A DNA stretch of 64,000 nucleotides, taken from contig CANNFE010000012.1 in NCBI GenBank assembly GCA_947503775.1, positions 18,737 to 82,736 of the forward strand, given 5' to 3'. Source of the DNA: an uncultured Rhodobacteraceae bacterium. Its GTDB lineage: Bacteria; Pseudomonadota; Alphaproteobacteria; Rhodobacterales; Rhodobacteraceae. Positions 37,634-46,877 of this stretch are shown here, in pieces. The translations under genes and the position numbers were made by a program. The stretch's first letter is position 1. Each line of letters begins with the position of its first letter. The notes beneath the pieces are model-generated. The model ran no database searches. It had not been told where the DNA came from and worked only from the letters and a program-made list of their open reading frames with translations.

Positions 37634-37959
37634 GCTCAGGCCACGGTCCTGCATCATTGGGCAGGGTGGATCGTCTTGGCGTCGCCCCGCTCGTATTCCG
37701 TGGTCGGACTGACACCGGGCGAGATAAGGACAGTGGAGGTCTATCGGCGTAATTGAACGGGATCTGAGCCCCGCATCCGGGCGGTGCGGCCCGGGATCCG
37801 ATCGGTCGCCGCAGCGGCGATGCAGTCAGATCCCGGAGCCGTCTTCGCCTGCGGTCATCGGCGTCCCCGCCTGTCCCGCCCTCTGAAGAGACAGGATTCG
37901 GGTTAAGGCTTCGTTTCTTTGCCTTCGTAAATATCCTGGGGGTGAATTTGCGCAGCCAA

Positions 37960-37978
37960 GAGGGGGCAACGCCCCCTT
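37960..37978. terminator. GC hairpin next to the sulfotransferase stop
   Basis: AGGGGGC-AAC-GCCCCCT (7 bp), about 10 nt beyond the stop codon of the minus-strand gene. No clear U-tract. Confidence 0.45.
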
Positions 37979-37986
37979 CGCCCCCG

Positions 37987-38808
37987 TCAGCCCGCCAGAA
38001 CTTTGTGAACCTGATCGAGGTCGATCTCGCGGACCGGCATCTTGTTCGAGGGATCCTCGCGGTCATAGCCGAAGAGCTCGAAATCGCGTTTGTAGATCTC
38101 GAAGACCAGATGCATCGACAGATCGTCGAAATAGTCCTCGACCGGGTGGGCGCGTTTTGGCCCGTGTCCTTCGCTTTCATTGAAGCGGGGGATCTGCGTC
38201 AGATCGACCGGCGTCGGGGTTTTCACCGCATCGAGGACCTGCTGCATTCCGTCGTTGAACTTTTCCGTCCAGAAGATCCCATCATAGGTGCCGCCGTTCT
38301 CCACCAGCCCCACAAGATGGGTCCAGATCGGCGACCAGTGGATGTCGGGCTTGATCGGGCGGTGAAACCGGATCGTGTCCCGCGCGAAAAGCAGGAAGCG
38401 GCGGAACGAGAGGATCTGATCGAACTCGCCCGTCTCGGGATCGGGGCCGAATTCGAACCCGTATTTCTGGCGCATCTTCGGCAGAAGATCGCCGCGGTAT
38501 CGACCTCCGTTTCGCTGAATTCCGCACACCTTGTCGAAGAAGGCGCTGAGGATTCGGGTATAGGGATTGCGCACGAAGCTGAACACGTAGCTGCGATGGG
38601 CCGACACGTTATCGGCAATCGCGGCCTGACTGCTTTCAAAGGACCACTTGTGCATGCCGTCCTCGGCATCGTGTATGTCGCCGTCGAAAAAGTCGTGATT
38701 GTCTGAATAAAACATGATCTGCCCGATGGTCGAGCAGGCGCATTTGGGGACGGGGCGATAGACCATGCTTTCGCTCGTGGTCATCCAGGTTCCGTTAAAG
38801 CCTGTCAT
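37987..38808 (-). CDS. sulfotransferase family protein (Sulfotransfer_2-like, carbohydrate sulfotransferase type)
   Basis: PKCACSTIGQIM (5'-PSB-like) and FSFVRNPYTRILSAF (3'-PB-like) motifs. ATG at 38806-38808 (MTGFNG) is preceded by AAGGAGAGG. Confidence 0.75.
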   Translation of the reverse strand: MTGFNGTWMTTSESMVYRPVPKCACSTIGQIMFYSDNHDFFDGDIHDAEDGMHKWSFESSQAAIADNVSAHRSYVFSFVRNPYTRILSAFFDKVCGIQRNGGRYRGDLLPKMRQKYGFEFGPDPETGEFDQILSFRRFLLFARDTIRFHRPIKPDIHWSPIWTHLVGLVENGGTYDGIFWTEKFNDGMQQVLDAVKTPTPVDLTQIPRFNESEGHGPKRAHPVEDYFDDLSMHLVFEIYKRDFELFGYDREDPSNKMPVREIDLDQVHKVLAG

Positions 38809-38855
38809 TTCGATCTGCCTCTCCTTGACGTGCCGACGATCCGTCTGGTCACTGC

Positions 38856-40523
38856 TTGATATCAAGCAAATCTGACCTTTGTATTCAATGGCGCGTCGCA
38901 CTAAGACGTGATTTGGACAACCATCGCGAGATCGGGACGACAGCCTTGGCCAAGATCGCCTTTATTCTCCTCTGCCATAAGAATCCGGATGCCGTCATCC
39001 AGCAGGCGCAGCAGCTGACCGATGCGGGCGATTGCATGGCCATCCATTTCGACGGCCGCGCCTCGGATGCAGACTATCGCCGGATCACCGCGGCGCTCAG
39101 GGGCAATCCGCGCGTTGCCTTCGCCAAGACTCGGGTGAAATGCGGCTGGGGCGCCTGGAGCCTTGTTCAGGCGACGCTCAACGCGGTCGAAGCGGCGGTC
39201 GAGGCGTTCGATCATGCCACCCATTTCTACATGGTCTCGGGCGATTGCGCGGCGATCAAATCGGCCCATTACGCGCATGAAAAGCTTGATGGGGAGGATG
39301 TCGATTACATCGAGAGCTTCGATTATTTCGAAAGCGACTGGATCAAGACCGGCATGAAGGAAGAGCGGCTGATCTACCGCCATGTCTTCAACGAACGCAC
39401 GCAGAAGACGCTCTTTTACACGTCGATGGATCTGCAGAAGAAGCTCAAGCTCGAGCGGGAGATCCCCGCCGATCTGCAGATGATGATCGGCAGTCAGTGG
39501 TGGTGCCTCAGGCGACAGACGATCGAGGCGATTCTGTCCTTTCTGAAAGGCCGCCCCGATGTCATCCGGTTCTTCAAGACGACCTGGATCCCCGACGAGA
39601 CCTTCTTTCAGACGCTAGTGCGGCATCTGGTGCCCGAAAACGAGATCCGCAGCCGGACGCTGACCTTCCTGATCTTCAGCGATTACGGGATGCCGGTGAC
39701 GTTCTACAACGATCACTACGACATGCTGCTCAGCCAGGATTTCCTTTTTGCCCGCAAGATCAGCCCCGAGGCGACCGAGCTCAAAGAGCGGCTGGGCGCG
39801 CTTTACGCGTCGGGCCGCGATGATTTCGTGATCTCGAATGAAGGCCAGCGGCTTTTCTCGTTTCTCGTCGGACGAGGCCGGGAAGGGCGGCGGTTCGCGA
39901 CCCGGTTCTGGGAGAACGAATCCTCGCTGGGCCGCGAGCGGGAGCTGCTGATCGTCACTTGCAAGAAATGGCATGTGGCCAAACGGCTTTTGGGAGCCAT
40001 CCAGGAGCATGCCAGCATTCCGACCGTCGACTATCTCTTCAGCGAAGAGCATACCCCGCTGCCCGATCTGGGCGGGATCCAGACGACGCTGGAAAAGCGC
40101 AACCGGCATCGCCGCGCCTTGTTGCGGATGCTCTTTGACTACTACGACACGAACCGGCTGTTGATCTGTCTTGATCCCAGCCATCTTGAGCTGATGCATG
40201 ATTTCGGTTCGGATCGGTCGACGATGAAGGTGCTCGAGATCGAGTGCGATTTCAGTGATGAATACCTGATCGGGCATGCGATGCGGGTCGGTCTTGCGGG
40301 GGAAAATTCGGGCGAGGAGACGCTCGAGCGTCTGCTACCGACGATCCGCTATGACGTCACCTATGAAAGCGATGCGCTGCGGGATGCCAATTTTCCGCAT
40401 TTCGCCCGCATCCGGCAAAGCGCGTCGGTCGAGAAGAACAGGGACGCTCTATCGGAGTTTCTGGAGGTTCCGCCGGATGTCGCCGAGAGGATCGCGCAGA
40501 CCGATCATCTATTCACCGACTAG
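38856..40523 (+). CDS. glycosyltransferase family 14-like (Core-2/I-branching 'Branch' domain) with large C-terminal domain of unknown function
   Basis: N-terminal half (KIAFILLCHKNPDAV...HFDGRA...CGWGAWSLVQATL...FYMVSGDCAAIKS...IGSQWWCLRRQTI) resembles the Branch/GT14 fold. No ATG or GTG is available upstream of the conserved KIAFILL. The candidate starts are TTG at 38856, 38913 or 38946. Confidence 0.65.
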   Translation: MISSKSDLCIQWRVALRRDLDNHREIGTTALAKIAFILLCHKNPDAVIQQAQQLTDAGDCMAIHFDGRASDADYRRITAALRGNPRVAFAKTRVKCGWGAWSLVQATLNAVEAAVEAFDHATHFYMVSGDCAAIKSAHYAHEKLDGEDVDYIESFDYFESDWIKTGMKEERLIYRHVFNERTQKTLFYTSMDLQKKLKLEREIPADLQMMIGSQWWCLRRQTIEAILSFLKGRPDVIRFFKTTWIPDETFFQTLVRHLVPENEIRSRTLTFLIFSDYGMPVTFYNDHYDMLLSQDFLFARKISPEATELKERLGALYASGRDDFVISNEGQRLFSFLVGRGREGRRFATRFWENESSLGRERELLIVTCKKWHVAKRLLGAIQEHASIPTVDYLFSEEHTPLPDLGGIQTTLEKRNRHRRALLRMLFDYYDTNRLLICLDPSHLELMHDFGSDRSTMKVLEIECDFSDEYLIGHAMRVGLAGENSGEETLERLLPTIRYDVTYESDALRDANFPHFARIRQSASVEKNRDALSEFLEVPPDVAERIAQTDHLFTD

Positions 40524-40538
40524 GGAAGGCCGCCCGCG

Positions 40539-40910
40539 ATGCGCAGCTATGACGATCAGAACATCTTTGCCAAGATCCTGCGGGGCCAGATCCCGAACCA
40601 GACCGTGCTCGAAACGGATCACAGCCTGGCGTTTCGCGATATCCAGCCCCAGGCACCGGTCCATGTGCTCGTGATCCCAAAAGGGCCATATGTCGATTTC
40701 GCCCATTTTTCGGCCGAGGCGAGCGAGGCCGAGGTGATCGACTATATGCGCGCCATCGCCGAGGTCTGCCGCCTGGAAGGGGTCGAGGAGGACGGCTTTC
40801 GCGCCATCTCGAATGCGGGCCAGAACGGCGTGCAGGAGGTGCCCCACCTGCATGTGCATATCCTCGGCGGGCGGCCTTTGGGGCGGATGCTCCAGCCTGC
40901 ATCCGCCTGA
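40539..40910 (+). CDS. HIT family (HinT-like) nucleotide hydrolase
   Basis: 123 aa. Histidine triad VPHLHVHILGG. Confidence 0.9.
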   Translation: MRSYDDQNIFAKILRGQIPNQTVLETDHSLAFRDIQPQAPVHVLVIPKGPYVDFAHFSAEASEAEVIDYMRAIAEVCRLEGVEEDGFRAISNAGQNGVQEVPHLHVHILGGRPLGRMLQPASA

Positions 40911-40912
40911 GG

Positions 40913-42526
40913 TTAAAGCGACACCTCGACCGATCCTTCGAGCCAGGCAAAGCCGTTGGGCGGCAATGTCAGAGACGAGCCGTCCAGTTTGGCTTCGGAG
41001 GGGCCGGCGAGGCTGGTTTCGCCGGCCAGCGTCAGGGACTGCGCCTCTTTCGAGAGGTTGAAGAGGCAGGTCAGGGCGGCGTCTTGCGTCTGCCGGGTAA
41101 ATCCCAGAAGGGCGTCGTTCAGATCCATGAACGCTGTCTTGCCTGAAACAAGCGCCGGGCTGCCTTTCCGAAAGGCGATGATCTCGCGATAGGCGTGCAG
41201 CACGCTGTCATTCGCGGCTTCCTGTCCGTCGACTGCATGGGCCAGCTGCGGCTCTTTCACCGGCAGCCAGGGCGTGCCTTCCGTAAAGCCGCCATGGGGC
41301 GCGTCCCCCTCCCAGACCATGGGCGTGCGGCATCCGTCGCGGCCCTTGACCTCGGGCCAGAAGCGCAGGGCGGGGGGATCGGTCAGTTCCTCGTAGGTCA
41401 TCACCGTCTCGTTCTGGCCCAGCTCCTCGCCCTGATAGATGCCGATCGAGCCCTCAAAGCTCATCAGCATCGCCGCCGTCAGGCGGGCCAGCGCCTCGCG
41501 GCTGGTCCCATGATCGGCCCAGCGGGTGACATGGCGCGGCACGTCGTGGTTGGAGAAACTCCAGGACGGCCAGCCATCGGGCGCGCCTTCGAGGAACCCC
41601 TCGATGCAGGTGCGGAAGTGCTGCGGCGAAAATTTCGGCCCCAGCAGCGCAAAGGAATAGGCCATGTGCAGCCGCTTCGTGCCGCGCGTGTAGTCGGCCA
41701 TGATCTCGATCGACCGGTCGCCATCCTCGCCGACCTCGCCCACCATCATCCTGGCATCGAACGCATCTGTCAGCGCGCGCAGCCGTTCCAGAAAGGCGAT
41801 ATTTTCGGGCTGCGTCTTGGAATGCAGATGGGTCTGCATCCCGTAGATCTCGGTCGCCATCTCCCAGTTTCCGGCCTCGGCGGGCGGGTTGCTGCGCAGC
41901 TGGTCGTCGTGGAAATAGTAGTTCACCGTATCGAGCCGGAAGCCGTCCACCCCGCGTTCGAGCCAGAAGCGCATCGTCTCGATCATCGCATCTTGGACCG
42001 CGGGCTCGTGAAAGTTCAGATCGGGCTGCGAGATCAGGAAGTTGTGCAGGTAATACTGCCGCCTCCGCGGCTCCCACTCCCAGGCCGGGCCGCCGAAAAC
42101 AGACGGCCAGTTGTTCGGCGGGGAGCCGTCCGGCTGCGGGTCGGCCCAGACATACCAGTCGGCCTTGGGATTGTCGCGCGACTGGCGGCTTTCCTCGAAC
42201 CAGGGATGCTTGTCCGAGGAATGCGAGATCACCTGATCGATGATGACTTTCAGCCCCAGCCCATGCGCCGCCTCGACCAGCGTGTCGAACTCTTCGAGCG
42301 TGCCGAAAAGCGGGTCGATATCGGTATAGTCCGACACGTCATATCCCATATCCTGCATCGGCGAGGTAAAGACCGGCGAGAGCCAGATCGCATCCGCCCC
42401 CAGCTCCGCCACATGGCCCAAACGGCGCGTGATCCCGGCCAGATCGCCGATCCCGTCGCCTGTGCTGTCCTGAAAGCTTCGCGGATAGATCTGATAGATC
42501 ACCGCGCCCCGCCACCATTCACTCAT
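40913..42526 (-). CDS. alpha-glucosidase / oligo-1,6-glucosidase (GH13)
   Basis: MSEWWRGAVIYQIYPRSFQDSTGDGIGDL..., DQVISHSS, GVDGFRLDTVNYY, GEVGE, FSNHD: the canonical GH13 conserved regions. Confidence 0.92.
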   Translation of the reverse strand: MSEWWRGAVIYQIYPRSFQDSTGDGIGDLAGITRRLGHVAELGADAIWLSPVFTSPMQDMGYDVSDYTDIDPLFGTLEEFDTLVEAAHGLGLKVIIDQVISHSSDKHPWFEESRQSRDNPKADWYVWADPQPDGSPPNNWPSVFGGPAWEWEPRRRQYYLHNFLISQPDLNFHEPAVQDAMIETMRFWLERGVDGFRLDTVNYYFHDDQLRSNPPAEAGNWEMATEIYGMQTHLHSKTQPENIAFLERLRALTDAFDARMMVGEVGEDGDRSIEIMADYTRGTKRLHMAYSFALLGPKFSPQHFRTCIEGFLEGAPDGWPSWSFSNHDVPRHVTRWADHGTSREALARLTAAMLMSFEGSIGIYQGEELGQNETVMTYEELTDPPALRFWPEVKGRDGCRTPMVWEGDAPHGGFTEGTPWLPVKEPQLAHAVDGQEAANDSVLHAYREIIAFRKGSPALVSGKTAFMDLNDALLGFTRQTQDAALTCLFNLSKEAQSLTLAGETSLAGPSEAKLDGSSLTLPPNGFAWLEGSVEVSL

Positions 42527-42768
42527 GATCGATTCCCTCATTCGTCTCGGGGCCAACGTCGCACCATTTGAATGGTTGCGCTAACGGGAAGAGCGCGACT
42601 CAGGCCGGGGTCGCCAAATGCTGCCAGTCAAGGCCGAAACCTGCCCCAAACGCGTTTATTTGCAGCTTTTTACGGCCCATCCGGCATGGACAATAGGCCG
42701 CAATGCTCCACCCTTAAGAGTGCCAGTTGCCGGGCATTCCCCCGGCGCGCCAGCCAGAGGAGCCCCCG

Positions 42769-43230
42769 ATGAGCCTGTCCCTCACCGTCAATGGCACCAC
42801 CCGAGAGGTCGATGTCGACCCCGCCACCCCCCTTCTCTGGGTCATCCGCGACGAATTGCGCCTGACCGGTACGAAATTCGGCTGCGGCATCGCCCAGTGC
42901 GGCGCCTGCACCGTCATGGTCAACGGCCAGCCGACCCGATCCTGCGTCACGCCTGTCGACACGGTCACGGGCACCAACATCACCACGATCGAAGCCGTCG
43001 AAGGGCCCGAGGCCGAGGCGGTTCAGGCCGCTTGGGTCGAGCTGAACGTGCCGCAATGCGGCTACTGCCAGTCGGGCCAGGTCGTCAGCGCCACCGCGCT
43101 GCTTCAGGCGATCCCCAAGCCCACCGATCAGGAAATCGACGATGCGATGGCCGGCAATGTCTGCCGCTGCGCCACCTATGCCCGGATCCGCTCTGCGATC
43201 CGTCAGGCATCCGACACGCTGGAGGGCTGA
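42769..43230 (+). CDS. (2Fe-2S)-binding small subunit of IorAB-type molybdenum hydroxylase
   Basis: MSLSLTVNG...GTKFGCGIAQCGACTV...QCGYCQSGQV...NVCRCATY. ATG at 42769 follows GAGGAG. Confidence 0.9.
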   Translation: MSLSLTVNGTTREVDVDPATPLLWVIRDELRLTGTKFGCGIAQCGACTVMVNGQPTRSCVTPVDTVTGTNITTIEAVEGPEAEAVQAAWVELNVPQCGYCQSGQVVSATALLQAIPKPTDQEIDDAMAGNVCRCATYARIRSAIRQASDTLEG

Positions 43231-43233
43231 GCC

Positions 43234-45378
43234 ATGACATTGATCAAACCCACACGCCGCGCCTTTCTTGCCAGCACCGCCGGTCTCGTGATCGCGGTCG
43301 CGCTTCCTCAGGCCCGCCGCGCTGCCGCGCAGGCGCAGGGAGAGCAGAACTTCGCGCCCGACGCCTTCATCCGCATTGCGCCGGACAACACCGTCACGGT
43401 CCTCATCAAGCATCTCGAGATGGGGCAGGGCGCCAATACCGGCCTCGCCTCTGTCGTCGCCGAAGAGCTGGACGCAGACTGGGCCCAGATGCGCGCCGAA
43501 AGCGCACCTGCCAATACCGCGCTTTATACCAACTTCGCCTTCGGCATCCAGGGCGTCGGCGGATCGACCGGCATGGCCAACTCCTACATGCAGATGCGCA
43601 AGGCCGGCGCTGCCGCCCGCGCGATGCTTGTGGAAGCCGCCGCCCGCGACTGGGGCGTCGACGCTTCCGCCATCACGGTCGAGGCCGGGACGCTGACTGG
43701 CCCCGACGGCCAGACCGGCACATTCGGCGACTTCGCCGAGGCTGCATTGGACAGCGAAGTGCCCGCCGATCCCGCGCTCAAGGACCCGTCCGAATTCAAG
43801 CTGATCGGCCAGAAGCTCACCCGGCTCGACAGCCCGGGCAAGACCGACGGCACGTCCGAATTCACCATCGACATCTATCTCGACGGGATGGAGACGGTGG
43901 CCGTCCTGCATCCGCCGAAATTCGGCGCGACCGTCGCGAGCGTGAACGATGCCGCCGCGCTTGAGGTGCCGGGGGTGACACGCGTCGCGCAGATCCCGAC
44001 GGGTGTCGCCGTCTATGGGACCAACACCTATGCCGCCTTCCAGGGCCGCGACGCGCTTGAGGTCGAGTGGGACGAAAGCGGCGCCGAAACCCGTTCTTCG
44101 GCCGAGATGGCGCAAGTCTGGGCCGAAGCCGCACGCGGCGAGGCGCGAGAGGTCGAGGCGTCAGGCGACATCAAGGCCGCCTTTGCAGACGCCGCGACCA
44201 CCCATGAAGCCGAATTCGTCTTCCCCTTCCTCGCCCACGCCCCGCTCGAGCCGCTCGACGGGGTGATCCAGCTTGGCGACGGGGAAGCCGAGGTCTGGAT
44301 GGGCTCGCAGCTTCAGACGGTCGATCACGGCACGCTTGCGGGCGTGCTGCAGATAGATCAGGCCAATGTCGCGCTCAACACGATGTATGCGGGCGGCAGC
44401 TTTGGCCGGCGCGCGACGCCCGCCTCGCATTTCGCGGCGGAACTGGCCAATGTCGCCTCGGCGGCCGGTCCTGGCGCCTACAAGCTTCTCTGGACGCGCG
44501 AGAATGATATTCGCGGCGGCTACTACCGCCCGCTGACCGTCCATCATCTGAGGGGCGCGCTCGATGCGGACGGCAAGATCACCGGCTGGCAGAATACCAT
44601 CGCCAACCAGTCGATCATCGCAGGCTCCCCGTTCGAGCAGATGATGCAGGATGGGCTCGACCCGACCTCCTATGAGGGCTCGACAAACATGCCCTATGAC
44701 TGGCCTGCCCATCGCGTCTCCTGGGCGCGGATGGAAAGCGGGGTCCCGGTTCTCTGGTGGCGCGCGGTGGGGCATACCCACACGGCCTATTCGACCGAGA
44801 CTTTCCTGGATGAGCTGCTCGAGATGGGCGGTCAGGATCAGGTGCAGGGGCGGCTTGATCTGATCAGCGCCGAGGCGGGCCGCGACCGCGCCGTGCTCGA
44901 ACGCGTCGCTGACATGGCGGGCTGGTCCGGCCCGGGCACGGGCGACAGACGCATGGGCGTGGCGCTTCATGAAAGCTTCGGCTCCTACGTGGCGATGATC
45001 GCCGAGGTTGAGGATCGCGACGGTCATCCTTTCACGACCAAGGTCTGGTGCGCTGTCGATTGCGGCTTTGCCGTCAATCCCGACGTGGTGATCTCACAGA
45101 TGGAGGGTGGCATCGGCTTCGGGCTGGGCACCACGCTCTATAACGAGATCACGATCGAGCAGGGCGGGCGCGTGCGTCAGTCGAACTTCGATCAATACCG
45201 GATGATTCGGATCTACGACATGCCGCAGATCGAGGTGGCAATCGTCAATTCTCAGAACGATCCCTCCGGCGTCGGAGAGCCGGGCGTGCCGCCCATCGCG
45301 CCCGCCATGGCCAATGCCTGGAGGTCGCTGACCGGCGCAACACCGCGCCGCCTGCCGCTTCAGGATGCCGGTGTGTGA
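43234..45378 (+). CDS. molybdopterin-binding large subunit of IorAB-type (isoquinoline 1-oxidoreductase / membrane-bound aldehyde dehydrogenase-like) enzyme
   Basis: 714 aa with a Tat signal (KPTRRAFLASTAGLVIAVALPQARRAAA). Aldehyde oxidase/xanthine dehydrogenase Moco domains. Confidence 0.88.
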   Translation: MTLIKPTRRAFLASTAGLVIAVALPQARRAAAQAQGEQNFAPDAFIRIAPDNTVTVLIKHLEMGQGANTGLASVVAEELDADWAQMRAESAPANTALYTNFAFGIQGVGGSTGMANSYMQMRKAGAAARAMLVEAAARDWGVDASAITVEAGTLTGPDGQTGTFGDFAEAALDSEVPADPALKDPSEFKLIGQKLTRLDSPGKTDGTSEFTIDIYLDGMETVAVLHPPKFGATVASVNDAAALEVPGVTRVAQIPTGVAVYGTNTYAAFQGRDALEVEWDESGAETRSSAEMAQVWAEAARGEAREVEASGDIKAAFADAATTHEAEFVFPFLAHAPLEPLDGVIQLGDGEAEVWMGSQLQTVDHGTLAGVLQIDQANVALNTMYAGGSFGRRATPASHFAAELANVASAAGPGAYKLLWTRENDIRGGYYRPLTVHHLRGALDADGKITGWQNTIANQSIIAGSPFEQMMQDGLDPTSYEGSTNMPYDWPAHRVSWARMESGVPVLWWRAVGHTHTAYSTETFLDELLEMGGQDQVQGRLDLISAEAGRDRAVLERVADMAGWSGPGTGDRRMGVALHESFGSYVAMIAEVEDRDGHPFTTKVWCAVDCGFAVNPDVVISQMEGGIGFGLGTTLYNEITIEQGGRVRQSNFDQYRMIRIYDMPQIEVAIVNSQNDPSGVGEPGVPPIAPAMANAWRSLTGATPRRLPLQDAGV

Positions 45379-45388
45379 GGAGAAGATC

Positions 45389-45982
45389 ATGAAAGCCATC
45401 ACAATCGCGCTCGGCCTCGCACTGGCCGCAGGCTCCGCCATGGCGCAAGACCTTCGCCCTGTCTCCGAGTTCGAGGGCATCGAGAACGAGGCAGACCGCT
45501 CGGTCGCGCTGTTCGAGGAAATGACCAAGGTGATCCAGCACCCGCGCTGCCTCAACTGCCACCCGGTCAGCGAAAACCCCCGCCAAGGCGACGACATGGA
45601 GCTTCACCATCCGATCGTCATTCGCGGCGGTCAGGCGGGCATGGGCATCGTCGGGATGGAATGCTCGACCTGCCACAGCGCCTCGAACGTGTCCTTCACC
45701 GGCGCCGAGGGCTCGATCCCCGGTCACGAGCCCTGGCACCTCGCGCCCGCCTCCATGGGCTGGATCGGTCTGACCCCGGGCGAGATCTGCGCCCAGCTCA
45801 AGGACCCCGCCCGCAACGGGGACCGCACGCTCGCGGATATCCACGACCACAACGCCAATGACGGCCTCGTCGGCTGGGCTTGGGATCCCGGCGAAGGCCG
45901 CACGCCTGCCCCCGGCAGCCAGGCCGAATTCGGAGAGCTCACGCAAGCCTGGATCGACACCGGAGCCGTCTGCCCAAGCTAA
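45389..45982 (+). CDS. periplasmic dihaem c-type cytochrome-like protein, probable third subunit or electron acceptor
   Basis: Signal peptide MKAITIALGLALAAGSAMA. Two CxxCH motifs (CLNCH, CSTCH). ATG follows GAGGAGAAG, 10 nt after the large-subunit stop. Confidence 0.7.
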   Translation: MKAITIALGLALAAGSAMAQDLRPVSEFEGIENEADRSVALFEEMTKVIQHPRCLNCHPVSENPRQGDDMELHHPIVIRGGQAGMGIVGMECSTCHSASNVSFTGAEGSIPGHEPWHLAPASMGWIGLTPGEICAQLKDPARNGDRTLADIHDHNANDGLVGWAWDPGEGRTPAPGSQAEFGELTQAWIDTGAVCPS

Positions 45983-46122
45983 GCGAACCTCAACCCCCCA
46001 AGGCGACAGTCTCGGGGGGCAGGCCACACGATGCTGCGATCCATGTGAAATCGTACGCAGATTCCAACCGGTTCCAGCTTTTATCACGGCAGTCATCGAT
46101 ATCCGTTGAGCGGACGAGACGT

Positions 46123-46608
46123 TCAACGAGCCCCTTCAATCTGGGTCTTGATGTCCTGTAGCAAGGCAGTGCGCTCCTCGTCCGACAGCTTATCCAAATT
46201 GAAATGAAGCGGTCCCCAGCAGGAAGGAACCGCATATCTCAAATTTTTCGCATCCTCCCCGGCTTGCACAATCCCAAGCAGCACGTCTGCGCCGGGGACG
46301 AAGCCGAGATACTCCAGACCTTCGGCCTCATACGTCAGAGCTTCGATCTGAAAGACCTCATCTGCACAGGTCGCCACGGAAAACGCCTGATTACCAGAGC
46401 CGAACAGGTACTCTGCATTCCCGTATTCAACCAGCCAGCACGATGCGTCCGTGCCCACGATCTCGACATCGACAACGGACGCGATGGCTATCGAGATATC
46501 CTGCGAGGTAATCTCGTCGTAAGCGAAATCAGGATCTGGTTGGCAGGCCAGAGCAAGATCAGCAGAAAGCAGGACCCCGAAGGCGCAGTAACGTAAGATC
46601 TTTTTCAT
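46123..46608 (-). CDS. hypothetical secreted protein/lipoprotein
   Basis: MKKILRYCAFGVLLSADLALAC (lipobox-like LALAC), Cys-containing, acidic. The gene and its flanks look GC-poorer than their surroundings. I recognise no family. Confidence 0.5.
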   Translation of the reverse strand: MKKILRYCAFGVLLSADLALACQPDPDFAYDEITSQDISIAIASVVDVEIVGTDASCWLVEYGNAEYLFGSGNQAFSVATCADEVFQIEALTYEAEGLEYLGFVPGADVLLGIVQAGEDAKNLRYAVPSCWGPLHFNLDKLSDEERTALLQDIKTQIEGAR

Positions 46609-46877
46609 TTGGGTAGGATAGCCTTGGCGGAAGACGTCCAAAAGCCCGCTCCTTCATCACGAGCCATCGATGACCGAAGGAGGCATTTGAGATATACCTT
46701 GCGCTAGCTCTCCGCGCCATTACGCCGAAGTCGGAAACGGATCGGCGCCCGATCGCGTTCTAAAGCCAGCGACCATCGATCATCCGATGCTGTCGCTTAG
46801 AAGAACAGAACGCAGTCATTGCCATGCGAAGCGGCAACCACCTTCCCTCCGTCCCCGCCCCAGTCTAGCGTCGCGGC

